64,000 nt of DNA from Octopus vulgaris (lineage: Eukaryota): positions 71,672,001 to 71,736,000 of the forward strand of contig OX597826.1 in NCBI GenBank assembly GCA_951406725.2, read 5' to 3'. The notes below the pieces were generated by a model, which saw only the letters and a program-made list of their open reading frames with translations, ran no database searches and was not told where the DNA came from. This document shows positions 1 through 14,274 of this stretch, in pieces; positions within the stretch are counted from its first letter, which is position 1, and each line of letters starts with the position of its first letter. Position numbers and translations under genes: made by a program.

Positions 1-135
1 TTCATGGTTTGGCAGAAAGAAACAGAATAAGTACTAGGCTTTAAAAAAATAAGTACAGGAGTCAATTTGTTCGGCTAAACCCTTCAAGGTGGTGCTCCAG
101 TATGGCCGCAATTCAATGACTGAAACAAGTGATGA
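1..135 (+). mobile_element. 3' part of SINE family A
   Basis: Contains the gtgctccag.atggccgca..caatgactgaaacaagt tail shared with many copies in the window. Confidence 0.8.
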
Positions 136-1202
136 AAGGGAAACCATGACAGTAAGGTGTAACACTAACTGCAAAATAATTAGGTCAATGTCTGGTACAG
201 CCATACTGAGTTGATCAACTACATCCTGTTAACTAATCAAGAGAATCTGGAAAAACCCGGAAAGTTAACGACATCCTGAAAAGCTAAACTTAGAAAATAT
301 GAATTATTAAATTTAACCTGTGTGACTCATTATTTAATAATGTAGGTAGTCTGACTATTATCAAGAAGGTAACCAATATGACCTTTAAATTGAAGGAACA
401 GGTTTCTGTGGTGGTGGTTCTATGAATGAAAAGAACTCGAGTAGGGTCTTTGATGTGGTCTTGCAGCCAACAATTCTTAAGCAGAGCACAAACCTTCAAG
501 AGATTTCTGATGGAAGTTGCTTCATCAATTAGACAAAATCAGGTCTAAGGTAAACAAAGCTTACTGACTGAAAATAATACATAACTGTTGCAAGTTTTTA
601 TCACTTATATTAATTGAAATTGAGCTCAAGCTTGATACCTTGAGTTTTAAGAGTAGTTCCCTGTTACTTTTCTCTAGGTATATGAAAAGATGATAACTAA
701 GCCTCCACTCATTCAAATGATGAAGTAGATCCAATTTACAACAAAATGAACTGGGCCAACGAGAGCAAAATGTTTTGGCTATTGACACAGAAAAGCGACC
801 ATGATGGAATTTTGTCTAATTTTAATGAAATACAGTCACCTCTGCTGTCCTTGAAGAAGTTGCTAACTCAGTCAACTGTAGTTACAATTCTTTGCAAATG
901 TCTGTCCAAGTTTGAAGAACTATTCAATCAAATGATTGAATGGTTCTAAAACAAGATGGACGAGAAGGAGAAATGGAAAGAAAGCAGCTTGATAGATTAT
1001 AACAGCCATGAGCAACCTGCAGCTTTAGAGACTTTCTGAGTGGCAGACCTAATGAAAAAATTACTGCAAATCGTTTTAGCAGTGTACCTAGCCTCGTGAT
1101 GAGCCATTGTCTCAAATGGTTTGCTTCTCGAAAAAGATTGCTACTGCCTGGATAATAATAATCACAAAACAACAAAATGAAGTCAAAAGGATTACAACGT
1201 AC

Positions 1203-1331
1203 CTTAACAGAATTAAGGAATCGATCCAATATGTTCAGTGTCAAAGAGACAGTTTCCGGAGTGAAGTGGAAGTTTCTGTTAACACTAACCAACCATGAAG
1301 CAGCCCAGTCTCTCTGAGAGCCTGTAACACT
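1203..1331 (-). CDS. CCNI: Cyclin I, second coding exon (129 nt, SVTGSQRDWAASWLVSVNRNFHFTPETVSLTLNILDRFLNSVK), start of the cyclin box
   Basis: Acceptor tttcag at 1332 and donor AAG|gtacgt at 1202. The QRD..W L....F...PET..L...LDRFL..VK pattern matches cyclin I helices 1-2. I found no further exon within 1-1200, so the gene continues left of the window. Confidence 0.93.
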
Positions 1332-1874
1332 CTGAAATTAAGAGGAGGCAGATAATTAATTAATAAGCTTAAAAGTAGAAGAGCTGCATGTACAAAAAAA
1401 TCCACATATCAATGTAATTAACTAGTATCAGAAACAGCACATTAATTATATTCGTTAGACAAAGTGCTACGTTAGTTTATTTGAAAGAGGTTTTATTCTT
1501 AATACAACCTTAATCTTAACGGAAAGGTTGAAAAGATTTATAATATTTAATGAAGAGAGAATGTCAATGTTGTGATGTAAAGTCTTTGCCAAAGGCATCA
1601 ATGGATTGAAGTAGCTAAAGTTGGTAAGAGAAATCTATTCAGGGAATGTTTGGGTTAACCAAGAGTAGAGTTCTTCGTTCTAAACCGCTCCTCACTCCAA
1701 GAAGAAGATTATCAAATTCTCCCATGAGTCAAAAGACAATAATAATAAATCATTTGAGCGTATCCTTTACTAAAAAGGTAATGTGAGCAATAACCCATTG
1801 TTGGATATCGCTTATAAGGAAAATCCAATCAACTCACTATATTTATGTATGTGTGTGTGTGTGTATATATATAA

Positions 1875-2165
1875 AGGCACATGGCCTATTGGTTTCAGTG
1901 TTGGACTCATGATCGCAAGATTATGGGATCGATTCCTGGACAAGGTAGCACGTTGTGTTCTTGAGCAAAACACTTTACTTCACGTTGCTCCATTCCACTC
2001 AGCTGTTGATTGGCAACCTTGCAACAGACAAGCCTTCTAATCAGGGAGCATCTCGACTTGCTCACCTAGCCAGCAGGGTGGCACCATTCGAAAGCTAAAA
2101 CAATGCAAAGCACATTGTAACCAGCGATGTATTACAACATCTCGTAGTGTGGTCGATACCGTGAT
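1875..2165 (+). mobile_element. tRNA-derived SINE family D
   Basis: tRNA-like head followed by gttgtgttcttgagcaaaacact...gttgctcca.tccactcagctg. Related copies at 39079, 39571 and 53940. Confidence 0.75.
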
Positions 2166-3269
2166 GTGATGTGTGCGTACATGCGTGCATGTGTGTGTGT
2201 ATCGACACACAAGAATGAGATATAAAACATAGTGATTTATCCTTAAGCAGGTAGGTAGAAGGATATATAAAAGATTAGACACCCAAAAGTATACCTGAAG
2301 AACCAAATGTTAAGAGGAGGAGAGAGAGAAGAACATCAGGTAACGCTGTCTCCACTTCTCATGAAACACTTAAGCAGATGCAAAGCATTTTTCCCAAAAT
2401 ATGTACAAGCTAAAAGCTGAGAGGTGGGGGGGGGAACAGTCTCACACACACACACCACACACACATACACTATCCAAATTCCAAAGCTTAAACCAGAAAT
2501 AACTATATTTGATTAAATTACATGACCTATATGAAACTGATAAAATAATAATTTACTAGCATTTCTCGTATCAAATTGAATTTTAAAAAAAAATTTCCTT
2601 CTAATGAAAGTTTATATGATGATCGTTTCACACTACACCTCGAGACAAGCTGGCAAGAGAAGCCTCTATATAGCTGCTTGATTTGCTAGAAACAAAAGTC
2701 AAATCTCCCTAAACTGGCACTTTGTAGGTTATGATGATGAATGCTCCATCCAGTCGATCCGATCAAGGGGACAATCTGCTCGTGAAATTAGCTTGCAAGT
2801 GGCTGAGCACTCCACAGACACACATACCCTTCACGTAGTTCTCAGGGAGATTCAGCATGACACACCAAATGTGACCCCCAGGCTGGCCCTTTGAATTACA
2901 GGTACAACTCATTTTTGCCAGCTGAGGAGCAATGTGAAATAATGTTCTTGCTCAAGGTTACAATGTGCTGCCAGAGTTCCTTGTATTTAACTGGTGCTTA
3001 AATCAGGAAAGTTAAAACTAAGCAACAGCATTTGAACCAAGAGCAAACTGCATTTTTGTCTGATGCCATCCAAACTCTGCCAGTTACAAGCCTTCTTTCT
3101 GTAAAAACAGTTTCAAACATTCACACAAGGACACACCACATGCTTTGCAGGGAAGGAATAGTCAAACTGACCCTCCAGCATTTGACAATTATCTTATTTA
3201 CTGACCCCAGAAAGACAAAGGCGAAGTGGCTCAGCTAAACTTGGAATCTAATAATCCAGCGCTAAATAC

Positions 3270-3487
3270 TCATTTCTCCTCTAGGCACAAGGCCCGAAAT
3301 TTGGGGGGAGGAGGCCAGTTGATTACATCGACCCCAATATGCAACTGGTACTTAATTTATCGACCCCCAAAAAGATAAAAAGCAAAGTCGACCTCGGCGG
3401 AATTTGAACTCAGATCATAAAGACAGGCGAAATACCGCTCAGCATTTCACCCAGCGTGCCAACATTTCTGCCAGCTTGCTGCCTTAT
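3270..3487 (-). mobile_element. tRNA-derived SINE family B (gcctttcatcctttcggggtcgat central domain)
   Basis: Closely similar to copies at 4278, 21980, 32210, 45866 and 48644. B-box-like gagttcaaattcc on the minus strand. Confidence 0.85.
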
Positions 3488-3789
3488 CCAGCGCTAAATA
3501 CTACCATAATACTGACATTTCTGCTATCTTTTGATCTCACTCTCTAAAAGTACTCAACTCATAAATGCCTAATTAACAAAATGTATCTTTGTTGTAAACA
3601 CTGTTTTGTTCCATAATGAATTGAAATTTGGATTTGATTACATCCCTTGTAATCAAATAAACTTAATTCTCTTAAGGCCTTCTCTAATTACATAATTGCA
3701 AGTTCTTAATCACAATGACAGATAAAACAACATTATTCCTCATTGTTAATCAATGTAAAGAAAAAAAAAACAGGCATAACTTAACTTAC

Positions 3790-3903
3790 CGTATCACCAT
3801 GTCGTCGGAAGAATTTTGCTTTCCATTGTTGCCTCTCCTTGTTGATGGATTCGGAGAGCATCTGCAACACCTGAGCATCACCAATACCCAAGTTAAACTT
3901 CAT
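3790..3903 (-). CDS. CCNI: Cyclin I, first coding exon (114 nt, MKFNLGIGDAQVLQMLSESINKERQQWKAKFFRRHGDT)
   Basis: ATG at 3903 with an in-frame TAG shortly upstream. GT donor (ACG|gtaagt) at 3789. Acceptor ctctccagcag at about 3940-3945. The peptide resembles the vertebrate cyclin I N-terminus (MKF...L...I..E.Q.WK). Phase-0 join to the next exon. Confidence 0.9.
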
Positions 3904-4017
3904 TATGTACGCCTATGTATCTTTTAAAGAAATGACTACCTGCTGGAGAGATGGTAAGACAAAAAAGGGAATACACAGAATGAGAAGATGCTCTGTTATG
4001 GTCAGGTGTTGACATAT

Positions 4018-4237
4018 TTAACTCTTTGGCATTCAGATTACTCTGTCAAATGTAATGTTTATTTATTCACATTGATTCTAATTAGCCATGCATAATCTCA
4101 CAGCTTCAAAATTTTGATGATGTGATACCAGTTTTTAGAATGATATCATAGGGTAAGGTGTAAGAGGCAGCATCTGAACGTAAAAACAGTTTGAATATTT
4201 GGGCCGAATATGGTCAGTTAAGATGCTTAGAGGGTTA
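4018..4237. mobile_element. piggyBac-like MITE family 2 (TTAA ends)
   Basis: ttaactctttggcatt...atgcttagagggttaa. Related copies near 22380-22601, 24078-24520, 45748-46571 and 50190-50400. Confidence 0.65.
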
Positions 4238-4277
4238 ATGCAGTATGTATATGGGCATACAGTGTATGCATATATAT

Positions 4278-4507
4278 TTCTTTACTACCTACAAGAGGCT
4301 AAACACAGAGGGGACAAACAAGGACAGACAAAGGGATTAAGTCGATTATATCGACCCCAGTGCGTAACTGGTACTTAATTTATCGACCCCAAAAGGACGA
4401 AAGGCAAAGTCGACCTCGGCGGAATTTGAACTCGGAACGTAGCGACAGACGAAATACGGCTACACGTTTCGCTCGATGTGCTAACGTTTCTGCCAGCTTG
4501 CCGCCAT
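4278..4507 (-). mobile_element. SINE family B
   Basis: Full-length copy matching the other family B copies. Confidence 0.85.
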
Positions 4508-5354
4508 ACAGTGTATGTATATATGTAACATGTATGTGTGTATGTGTGTGTGTCCACACACACATATAAGCAGTTGTTTTAGTTTATATGCAGCGTTGTG
4601 ATACACAAGTAAAATAACAAATGAAGACAGATTTCTTACAATGCGAAAAAGGAAGGTTAAGCAACCCTTATATATTTCAAGCACAAAGGACCAATCGACA
4701 GAAGTGAATGGTTCAAATAAGCGTAACTTAATGTAGAGCCTCCCTTTTCACATTGTAACAAGTGCTCCATCTTTATCTGTATCTGACTCATACATTGTTC
4801 GCTTTCCAGACATTTCTACATTACTGCATGTACTTTATATGCACTTTCTGACAAGTTGTGGTGCACCTGAGCACTGTATACAATAATTTCATTATTATTA
4901 TTATTTATTATTTCTAATTTTACTTATGTGTGTGTGAAAATAATAATAACCAGATCATCATCATCATCATCATCATTCCCCATGCAATGACAATTAAATT
5001 CAAAGACACTAGGGCTAAAAACACACTTGTTAGCAAAGTTTTGACCCAGAGTTATTACCATTTCAGCACTGGAAAAATTTGGTATCCCTAGTCAGCAATG
5101 CCCCAGGGTAAAAAACAACAACAAAACAAACAAACAAACAAACCAAAACAAAGCTTTATGACTGAGTGTATAGAGAACAAGACATAAAACTGATATGAAG
5201 AACAGGGAGACAATTAGATAATGACTATTAACGAAGAAAGTGATTTTCAACTTGTCAAAGAAACACAGAGGATGCTGGTGAAAAGGGACATTAAAAGGTG
5301 ACCAAAAGCCTCATGAGTAGGTTTGGTAGATAGAAACTGAAATGAGCTAATAGC

Positions 5355-5672
5355 ATGTGGTAAGAAGCTTGCTTCCCAACCACATGGTTGTGAGTTCAGT
5401 CTCACCGCATAGCACCTTGGCAAGTGTCTTCTACTATATCCTTGGGCCAACCAAAGCCTTGTGAGTGGATTTGGTAGATGGAAACTGAAAGAAGCCCATT
5501 GTGTGTGTGTGTCCACCATCGCTTTGACAACCAATGTTGGTGTGGTTCAACAAAAGAGACCAATAGATTAAATACTAGGATTACAAAGAACAAGTCCTGA
5601 GGTGGATTTGTTTGACTAAAGGCGGTGCTCCAGCATGGCCACAGTCAAACAGTCAAATGACTGAGACAAGAG
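5355..5672 (+). mobile_element. tRNA-derived SINE family A (CORE-like caccttggcaagtgtctt centre)
   Basis: Pol III A/B-box-like head, gtgagtggatttggtag body and shared 3' tail. Confidence 0.85.
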
Positions 5673-5682
5673 TATATATGTA

Positions 5683-5753
<71 letters not shown>

Positions 5754-5850
5754 CATTATCATTATAGTTGTTTTAATATCCATTTTTCCATGCACGTATG
5801 TATATATATAACATACATACATGCATTATTAATACAAATATATTATAGAA

Positions 5851-5885
<35 letters not shown>

Positions 5886-6739
5886 TATAGTAGTTCCTAA
5901 CCACTATTCCAGGTGAATTTAGAATTCCATGTAGAGTATCACCATCCAGTTTACTTCCAGTGAAGTGGTCGGTTAACCGTTGACTATATTTTGTAGTATT
6001 ACCAGTTATGATATTTATAACTGTATCATCATCATCATTTCCCATCCATGCTTGCATGGGTTGGACAGTCTGAGAATACTCAATAGGTCCAAGGACTATG
6101 TTGAACTTCAATGATTTAGCATGGTTTTTACAGCTGGATGCTCTTCCTAACACCAACCACTTTACAGAGTGTACTGGCGCTCTTCTATTGTAGAACCAAC
6201 ACTAGTGAGATTACTATGTAGCTTGCAATTGACTGGGGCTATAAGAAAGAGGGAGACAGCTTTATATTAGGAGATGAGAGCTTAAAGTATGAGAAAAGGG
6301 GTCACAGATCAGACCAGGTTTCTTGCTATACAGAAGCAACATGGTTACTCACATTACCAAAGAGTGGGTGAGAGCAAATGGGATGGAGATGGAAAAAGCC
6401 AAATAAATAGTTGTGATGAGGTGTCAGGTTGGACCCCCTCAAGGTATGAGCTGGGTAGAAGTAAGTGGGAACAGGAGAACAGGGTGTATGGTTGGGTTGA
6501 GAGTGAGAAATGGTTAGAGATGGGGACTGTGTGATGGATGAAAGACCAGTGTCATGTGTGTATTTGAGGGCCGGTATTGAAGAGTAGGTAAGAATAGTAG
6601 AGACTGGGTGGGGCTGAGGTATGGATGCAATGAATGTGGATGAGGGTGGGAATGACCAATGATACATGAGTTGGGGGAGAAAGGGAAGACTTGGAGATAA
6701 CTGACAGAGCATGTAAATATATTTATATGTATATCTATA

Positions 6740-7155
6740 TCTATACAACCATATATATATATATACACACACAGAAATGTATATAAATATGTTCAACCTC
6801 ACAGAGGTAAAGTGGCCATTCCTTTCAAGTGTAGGCCTCGTGGAGGCCAAGTGGTCAAATTCCTTTCGAGTGTTGGGTCTCCCGGAGGCAATGACCAAGA
6901 CTTTTGGCATTATGTTGTGCTTGAGAAGAAGACCCATCAAGCTGGACAAAATCATAGTTGTAGCAGATACCATTGTGTCATGCAAATGACACCCATGCCG
7001 GTGGCACATAAAAGCACCCATTACACTCTTGGAGTGGTTGGCGTTAGGGAGGACATCCAACCGTAGAAAACCATGCAAAATCAGACTGGAGTCTGGTGCA
7101 GCCTTCCAGCTCTGGTCAAACCGTCCAACCCATGCCAGCATGGACAACGGACGTT
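6740..7155 (+). mobile_element. Family C retroposon (LINE 3' end or LINE-tailed SINE)
   Basis: Ends in gagtggttggcgttagg..ggcatcca.c.gtagaaa...ccaacccatgc.agcatgga, as in many other copies. Confidence 0.75.
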
Positions 7156-7479
7156 ACATACTTGCACACACACACACACGCATGCACACAATGTATACAT
7201 AATTATACACATGCTTACACAATCATACACACACATTATATATAACAATGTATACATTTATGTGTGTGTTGTACATAGATATTATCAGTACTTCATTATT
7301 TTTAAACGGTTTATCTTAGATTTCGCACAGATATTGTACCATAGATGACCTTGGATTGAATACCAGTAAGTAATAACTTCTAATTTTGTCACAAGGCCAA
7401 TGCTTTATTGTTTTATAGGGGGAGGAAGAGGAATGATTAATTTAATTGAAGTACCCTAGATAACCAGATTAAATACACA

Positions 7480-7673
7480 CACATGTACATATATATATAT
7501 ACATACATATATATATGTATATATATATATATGTATGTATGTATATATATATATATATGTATGTATATATATATATATATATACATACATATATATATAC
7601 ATATATATACATACATATATACATATACATACATATATACATACATATATATACATACATACATATATATACA

Positions 7674-7727
<54 letters not shown>

Positions 7728-8012
7728 CATACATATATATATATACATACATATATATATACATATATATATACATACATATATATATACATACATATAT
7801 ATATATACATACATATATATATACATACATATATATATACATATATATATATATACATACATATATATGTATATACATATATATATATACATATATATAT
7901 ATATACATATATATATACATATACATATATATATACATATATATATACACATATATATACATATATATATACATATATATATACATATATATATATATAC
8001 ATATATATATAC

Positions 8013-8056
<44 letters not shown>
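7480..8056. repeat. Compound (AT)n/(ATAC)n microsatellite
   Basis: Directly visible. Source of the Y/I/M/C pseudo-ORFs. Confidence 0.97.
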
Positions 8057-8313
8057 GACCTGTGTCGGTGGCACATAAAAACACCATCCGAGCGTAGCCG
8101 TTCGCCAGCCTCGTCTGGCACCTGTGTCGGTGGCACATAAAATCACCCACTACACTCTCGGAGTGGTTGGCGTTAGGAAGGGCATCCAGCTGTAGAAACA
8201 CTGCCAGATCTGACTGGCCTGGTGCAGCCTTCGGCTCCCCAGACCCCAGTTGAACCGTCCAACCCATGCTAGCATGGAAAGCGGACGTTAAATGATGATG
8301 ATGATGATGATGA

Positions 8314-8315
<2 letters not shown>
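8057..8315 (+). mobile_element. Family C retroposon with (TGA)n tail
   Basis: Ends ggacgttaaa(tga)n and is embedded in an AT microsatellite. Confidence 0.85.
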
Positions 8316-8630
<315 letters not shown>

Positions 8631-9085
8631 AACACATAGATAGATAGATAGTAACATAATATGCATCAGTGAACAGAATGATATATTGCTAAAATGAAAA
8701 TCAGTGCTGAAGCCTAATTTAAACCTGGGAAGTCCCCAGCCCACGTTATTAAAAATGGCAAACACAGGAGGAATCTAAACATATTTGGTGGAATACGTGA
8801 CAACCATTGTTAATATAAACATTACACAGCAAAAATATTTATTGCACGGCAGCCTACTACAACATACACACACACACATCCACCACCATCAACTACTATC
8901 AACTATTACAAACATACCAGCAACCACACTACTTCTATACTCATATCAAAATCACTGCTACAGCATATACACACACCACCAGCAGTACTACAACACATTA
9001 TTAGCACTACTCTAACATATATACACACCCACCAACACTGCTACTATATAACACTCGCATTCGGATTAACATACCACTCCTACAT

Positions 9086-9143
<58 letters not shown>

Positions 9144-9874
9144 TACTAACACTCCTTTAATACACACACGTCAACAAGACTACAACACATACGTACACAA
9201 CAATAGTACTACTGTACCATAGGCATACTAACAGCCGTACTACAACACACACAGCAACACTAACACTACTACAGCATATCCTATACAACAGCAGTAGTAT
9301 TACAAGAGACAAACACATCAGAGGTCTACTATAACACACACAAGAACACACACAAATAGCATTACCAGAGAACATACACACACATCGAATGTCCTACTAA
9401 ACTACACATACATATCGACAACGACAGAGCAACATACACCTACACACGTTAAGAACATAACAGCAGTAATTGGTAGTAGTTTACACTGCACAACATGAAA
9501 CATACACACACACACATACATACATACATACATACATACAAGCGCACACACATACATACATACATACATACAAGCGCACACGCACGTAACCGTCGCAATT
9601 ACTACGATTGTGAGCAGCAGTAACAGTTGCAACAAGAGAGAAGTGGGAGGGGGAGAGAAAGAAAAATACGAGAGAGGGGAGGAAGAGAAGAGAATTAGAA
9701 GAGAGAGAGAGCGAAGAAGAAGGAGGAGGGGGTGGGCGCGTTATGCTAACGGTGAAAAGTTGGAAAACATCACATTATGGCAGGGTAGGAAAACCAGAAT
9801 TGAGGTCAGTGCTTGGTGGGGGGAATGGGTGGGAGAGGCGAGCGAGTTAGATACTGCTTCAGTAACTGTCAGAA

Positions 9875-10225
9875 TATACATACATACATACATATATGTA
9901 TATAACACACACACACAAACATGCATACATATATATATTTATACACATACATATATATATTTATACACATACATATACACACACACACATATATATATAT
10001 ATATTTATACACATACATATATATATATATATATATACACATACATACATATATATATTTATACACATACATACATACATATATATATTTATACACATAC
10101 ATACACACACACACACACATATTTATACACATACATACATATATATATTTATACACATACATACATACACACACATATATATATATTTATACACATACAT
10201 ACATATATATATATATGTATAATAT
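9875..10225. repeat. AT/AC-derived minisatellite (unit approximately atatatatttatacacatacatac)
   Basis: Repeated tttatacacatac anchor. Confidence 0.9.
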
Positions 10226-10617
10226 AAAGGAAATGTAATATCGTGCAATGACATCCTTGCATTTCTTTCAAGGACAAGAAATATATTAAGAAAAGTCGGT
10301 GCAAGACTATATTTAAATTGCTCAACTAGTAGTAACATAACCAGTAATATTTATAATAATAACAACAATAACAATAACAATAATAATAACAACAACAGCA
10401 GCAATGATTCAGTAATCTAATATGGCAATACTAAACTACTAGCTGGTTAAGAGACCTTGATAGACGATAAACAGTGGTTTGTAGCTGACCCCACTGACAG
10501 ACAGAAAACTGCAAAAAGTCGGTGACAAAAGGAACCATAGCTCATCCCTCCTCCTCTTCCTTTCTCTCTCTCTGATTGTCTAACTCCTACCTTCTGACAA
10601 GACACTTTTGAATGCAG

Positions 10618-10619
<2 letters not shown>

Positions 10620-10672
<53 letters not shown>
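10620..10672. repeat. (GA)n microsatellite
   Basis: Directly visible. Confidence 0.97.
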
Positions 10673-10676
<4 letters not shown>

Positions 10677-10817
10677 TGTAAAGGGTGGAGATTGTATTTT
10701 CTTTTTTTTTTTTTTTGAAATGTGAACAATTTCAAAAGTAAACAAAAACTATAAATAAACGAATAACAGAAAAATGTTTGCGAAAATAGTTTACGAAACT
10801 GGAATTTGAACGATGTA

Positions 10818-10863
<46 letters not shown>

Positions 10864-11582
10864 CCAACAGCAAAAACTACCTAAACTGAAATTTAGAATG
10901 TTTCAAACTGAATTAAGCAGAAACGAAAAGATAAAATATATTTGACAGTTACAAAGGAAGTAACTAAACAGAATAGAAACGGTCTGAAGGAAACAAAAAA
11001 GGAACGGCTTTTAAAAGCCCTCAAACGGTGGTCATCTAATTTTTTTAGATAATAAAGGATTAGGAAAAGACACTTGCAGGGCACTTTACGCTTTTCTATT
11101 TTTACGTACATTCAAATTTAATATACACACACATAGATATACATGCAAAATTATGTTGTGTATAAATGTATTTATATACTTGCATAAAAATACTATTATA
11201 TATCAATAATGCATATTACAAAATTTTAAACTTATATTAAGAACTATATGTGTGGTGCGTGCATGTAATGCTTAGCAGAGAAAACACATTCTCCTAATTA
11301 GTTTCCATCTCAGCCAACAAATTCAAATCTTTTCAGACGTACTTTCCAATCTCAGCCCTAAAAATTCAGTAAATTAAACCCAGAGAAAAATCAAAATAAA
11401 CAAACAATACTAAAATCGGGTAATTACCTCATATTATAAGAAACAAACACCAATCGCATCGTAGGTTATGCAGAAACCCTAATGAATCGACACTGGTTCG
11501 CATCGAATGTTGAAGGTTCCTTTTGAAGGGGAGAAAAAATATAGAAAAATCGTCGTCAGATCCCCAAGAAGTGGGCGCGTAC

Positions 11583-11670
11583 CTCGGGTTTACCGTTGAA
11601 GTTGAGGAATATCTATCTGGGCAAGCAACTGACACAACATACACAATCAGTGTTTACATTAGCCCAGTGG
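11583..11670 (-). other. Probable non-coding first exon of CCNI (start site approximate; alternative donor at 11428)
   Basis: CpG-rich unique island. Minus-strand donors GAG|gtacgc (11582) and GAG|gtaatt (11427) lie just downstream of paired CCAAT boxes. The ATG exon has a splice acceptor, so an upstream exon must exist. Confidence 0.55.
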
Positions 11671-11735
11671 GAGACACCGACCAATCAGACGGCCGGGTTG
11701 AGAGGCAACCGACCAATCAGAAGCGCGCTAGTCAC
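11651..11735. promoter_or_regulatory. Probable CCNI promoter: two CCAAT (NF-Y) boxes 32 bp apart plus a forkhead motif
   Basis: accgaCCAATcaga occurs at 11676-11689 and 11708-11721. TGTTTAC at 11651-11657. Locally high CpG content. Confidence 0.65.
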
Positions 11736-12254
11736 TGTGACAAAAATGAGATCACAACAATATTATCAAACATTCAAACGTCAACAACACAACCGTAATT
11801 GTTGACTTGAAAATATATACTTAAAGACAGAAAGTGGCTGTGGTGCGCTAGGATATATATATACATATTATATATATATATAATATATATATATATATGA
11901 AGATAAAGAATAGGGGTTGACTGACTTCAAGTTTCACTTCTAGAAATTTATTCAAACAATTAAACCCTACATATAATAAATAACTTTTGGCTCCATCACC
12001 ACTACTGGTCCCCTTTTTAGCCGTTAATGTTTTCTATTTTTAACCTAAAACCTCTACCCTAACGCATATACATACATACATACATGTGTGTGTATGGGGG
12101 GGGGGACGAATTAAATGACTTCAAGCCTCACCCTTCGAAACTTACTTTAACGGTTAAACCCCTATATGTAATAAATGCGGTTATATCGCCAGTGCTGGCC
12201 CCTTTTCAACGGTTAATTTTTACTGCCATTTCCAAATAAAAACTCTAACTTAAC

Positions 12255-12695
12255 ACACACACACACATATATATAAATATTTACATACACACATATATAT
12301 TTATATTTACATATATATATATATATATTTACATATATATATATATTTACATATATATATATATATTTACATATATATATTTTTACATATATATATATAT
12401 TTATATTTACACACATATATATATATATATTTATTTATTTATATTTACACATATATATATATATATTTACATATATATATATTTATATATATATATATAT
12501 AATTTATATTTACATATATATATATATTTACATATATATATATTTATATTATATATATATATATATATTTATATTTACATATACATATATATATTTATAT
12601 TTACATATACATATATATATTTATATTTACATATATATATACATATATATATTTATAATGATATATATACTTATAGCCATATACATATATATTAT

Positions 12696-12735
<40 letters not shown>

Positions 12736-12746
12736 ACATATATTAT

Positions 12747-12826
<80 letters not shown>

Positions 12827-12869
12827 CATATATATATATATATATATATATTTACATATATATATATTA

Positions 12870-12933
<64 letters not shown>

Positions 12934-12993
12934 ATTTACATATATATTATATGTAATATATATATATATTTACATATATATATATATATATAT
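12255..12993. repeat. (AT)n-derived array with tttacat interruptions
   Basis: Directly visible. Confidence 0.95.
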
Positions 12994-13680
12994 AGAAACA
13001 GAATGAAAACAAATGTTTTCCCCACCCACCTCACGGCGAATTTAGGTTGTAAACAAGAAATTGGTTTTCATGAGAATATAACGATTATAAGACAATCCTT
13101 CCATTGTTTCCCTTTATTGTAAATAAAAATCTAGAGGATTGAACTATTTCCTTATACGGTATTTCCAGTTGGGAGGGGTAAGAGAGATCTTCAAAACAGG
13201 ATTTGTTTGTGTGTGTTGTTGATTGGAATTGAATCCATGCATACATATTAATACACACACACACACACACACAAACACATACACACGATCGTTAGGGCGT
13301 CGGCATTAAGTAGATTTTGCATTAAGCAAATTTTTACGGTTTTCTGAGCCTTTCCTAGTTCAAATTCCTTTCTAGTCAGTCAGCTATGCCTTTCGTGCTT
13401 ATGCGATCGATATAAAAAAGTACCAATCAAAAGCAACAGATCAGTTTTTGAGTTCAAATTCTCCACATTAAATATAAAGAGGGTTAAAATACGCGAATCT
13501 AATGCGGAAGGGAAAAAGGAAATAAAACGCTAGGAAACGTCAAGGAACTCCAAACTTGTGACGTTAGTTCATAAAAGCGTTCTCTATTCATTGAAAAGGT
13601 GCGACATGATTGGCGTCATACATATATTTATGATCTTAAATATATATATATAAATATCATAAGTTTATAAAAGTCATTTA

Positions 13681-14030
13681 CTCTTTTACTTGTTTCAGAC
13701 ATTTGACTGCGGCCATGCTGGAGCACCGCCTTCAATCGAGCAACTCGACCCCGGGACTTATTCTTTTGTAAGCCCAGTACTTATTCTATCGGTCTCTTTT
13801 GCCGAACCGCTAAGTAACGGGGACATAAATACTAGGGGACAAACACAGACACACACATATATATACATATATACGACGGGCTTCTTTCAGTTTCCGTCTA
13901 CCAAATCCACTCACAAGGCATTGGTCGGCCCGGGGCTATAGCAGAAGACACTTGCCCAAGGTGCCACGCAGTGGGACTGAACCCGGAACCATATGGTTGG
14001 TAGACAAGCTACTTACCACACAGCCACTCC
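13681..14030 (-). mobile_element. SINE family A, full-length CpG-rich copy
   Basis: Matches copies at 23555 and 55309 along its length. Confidence 0.9.
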
Positions 14031-14274
14031 ATTTGTATATTTTTTGTTTTGTTTTTACTTTTGCCTGATGAAATGGACGTAGATCACACGTAATGTGTTG
14101 TAATATTACATAATCGTTATTTATACTCATGATGTATCTGAACAATATATTATTGAAACGATCGTAATGAAGGAATAAATGTAATACAATCACCCCATTC
14201 TTGAACTCACTTTACACACATACACATTATATAGAATACACACACACACACAAATATATATATATATAATAAAA

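Noticed and set aside
924-1202. Extension of the cyclin ORF past VK, or a next exon at the 1147 acceptor
   Set aside because: Similarity to cyclin I ends at the GT donor. The 1147 acceptor would need an intron of about 55 nt and hits a stop after 11 codons.
6326-7147. 273-aa minus-strand ORF
   Set aside because: It runs through a family C retroposon and a microsatellite, with no recognisable domain.
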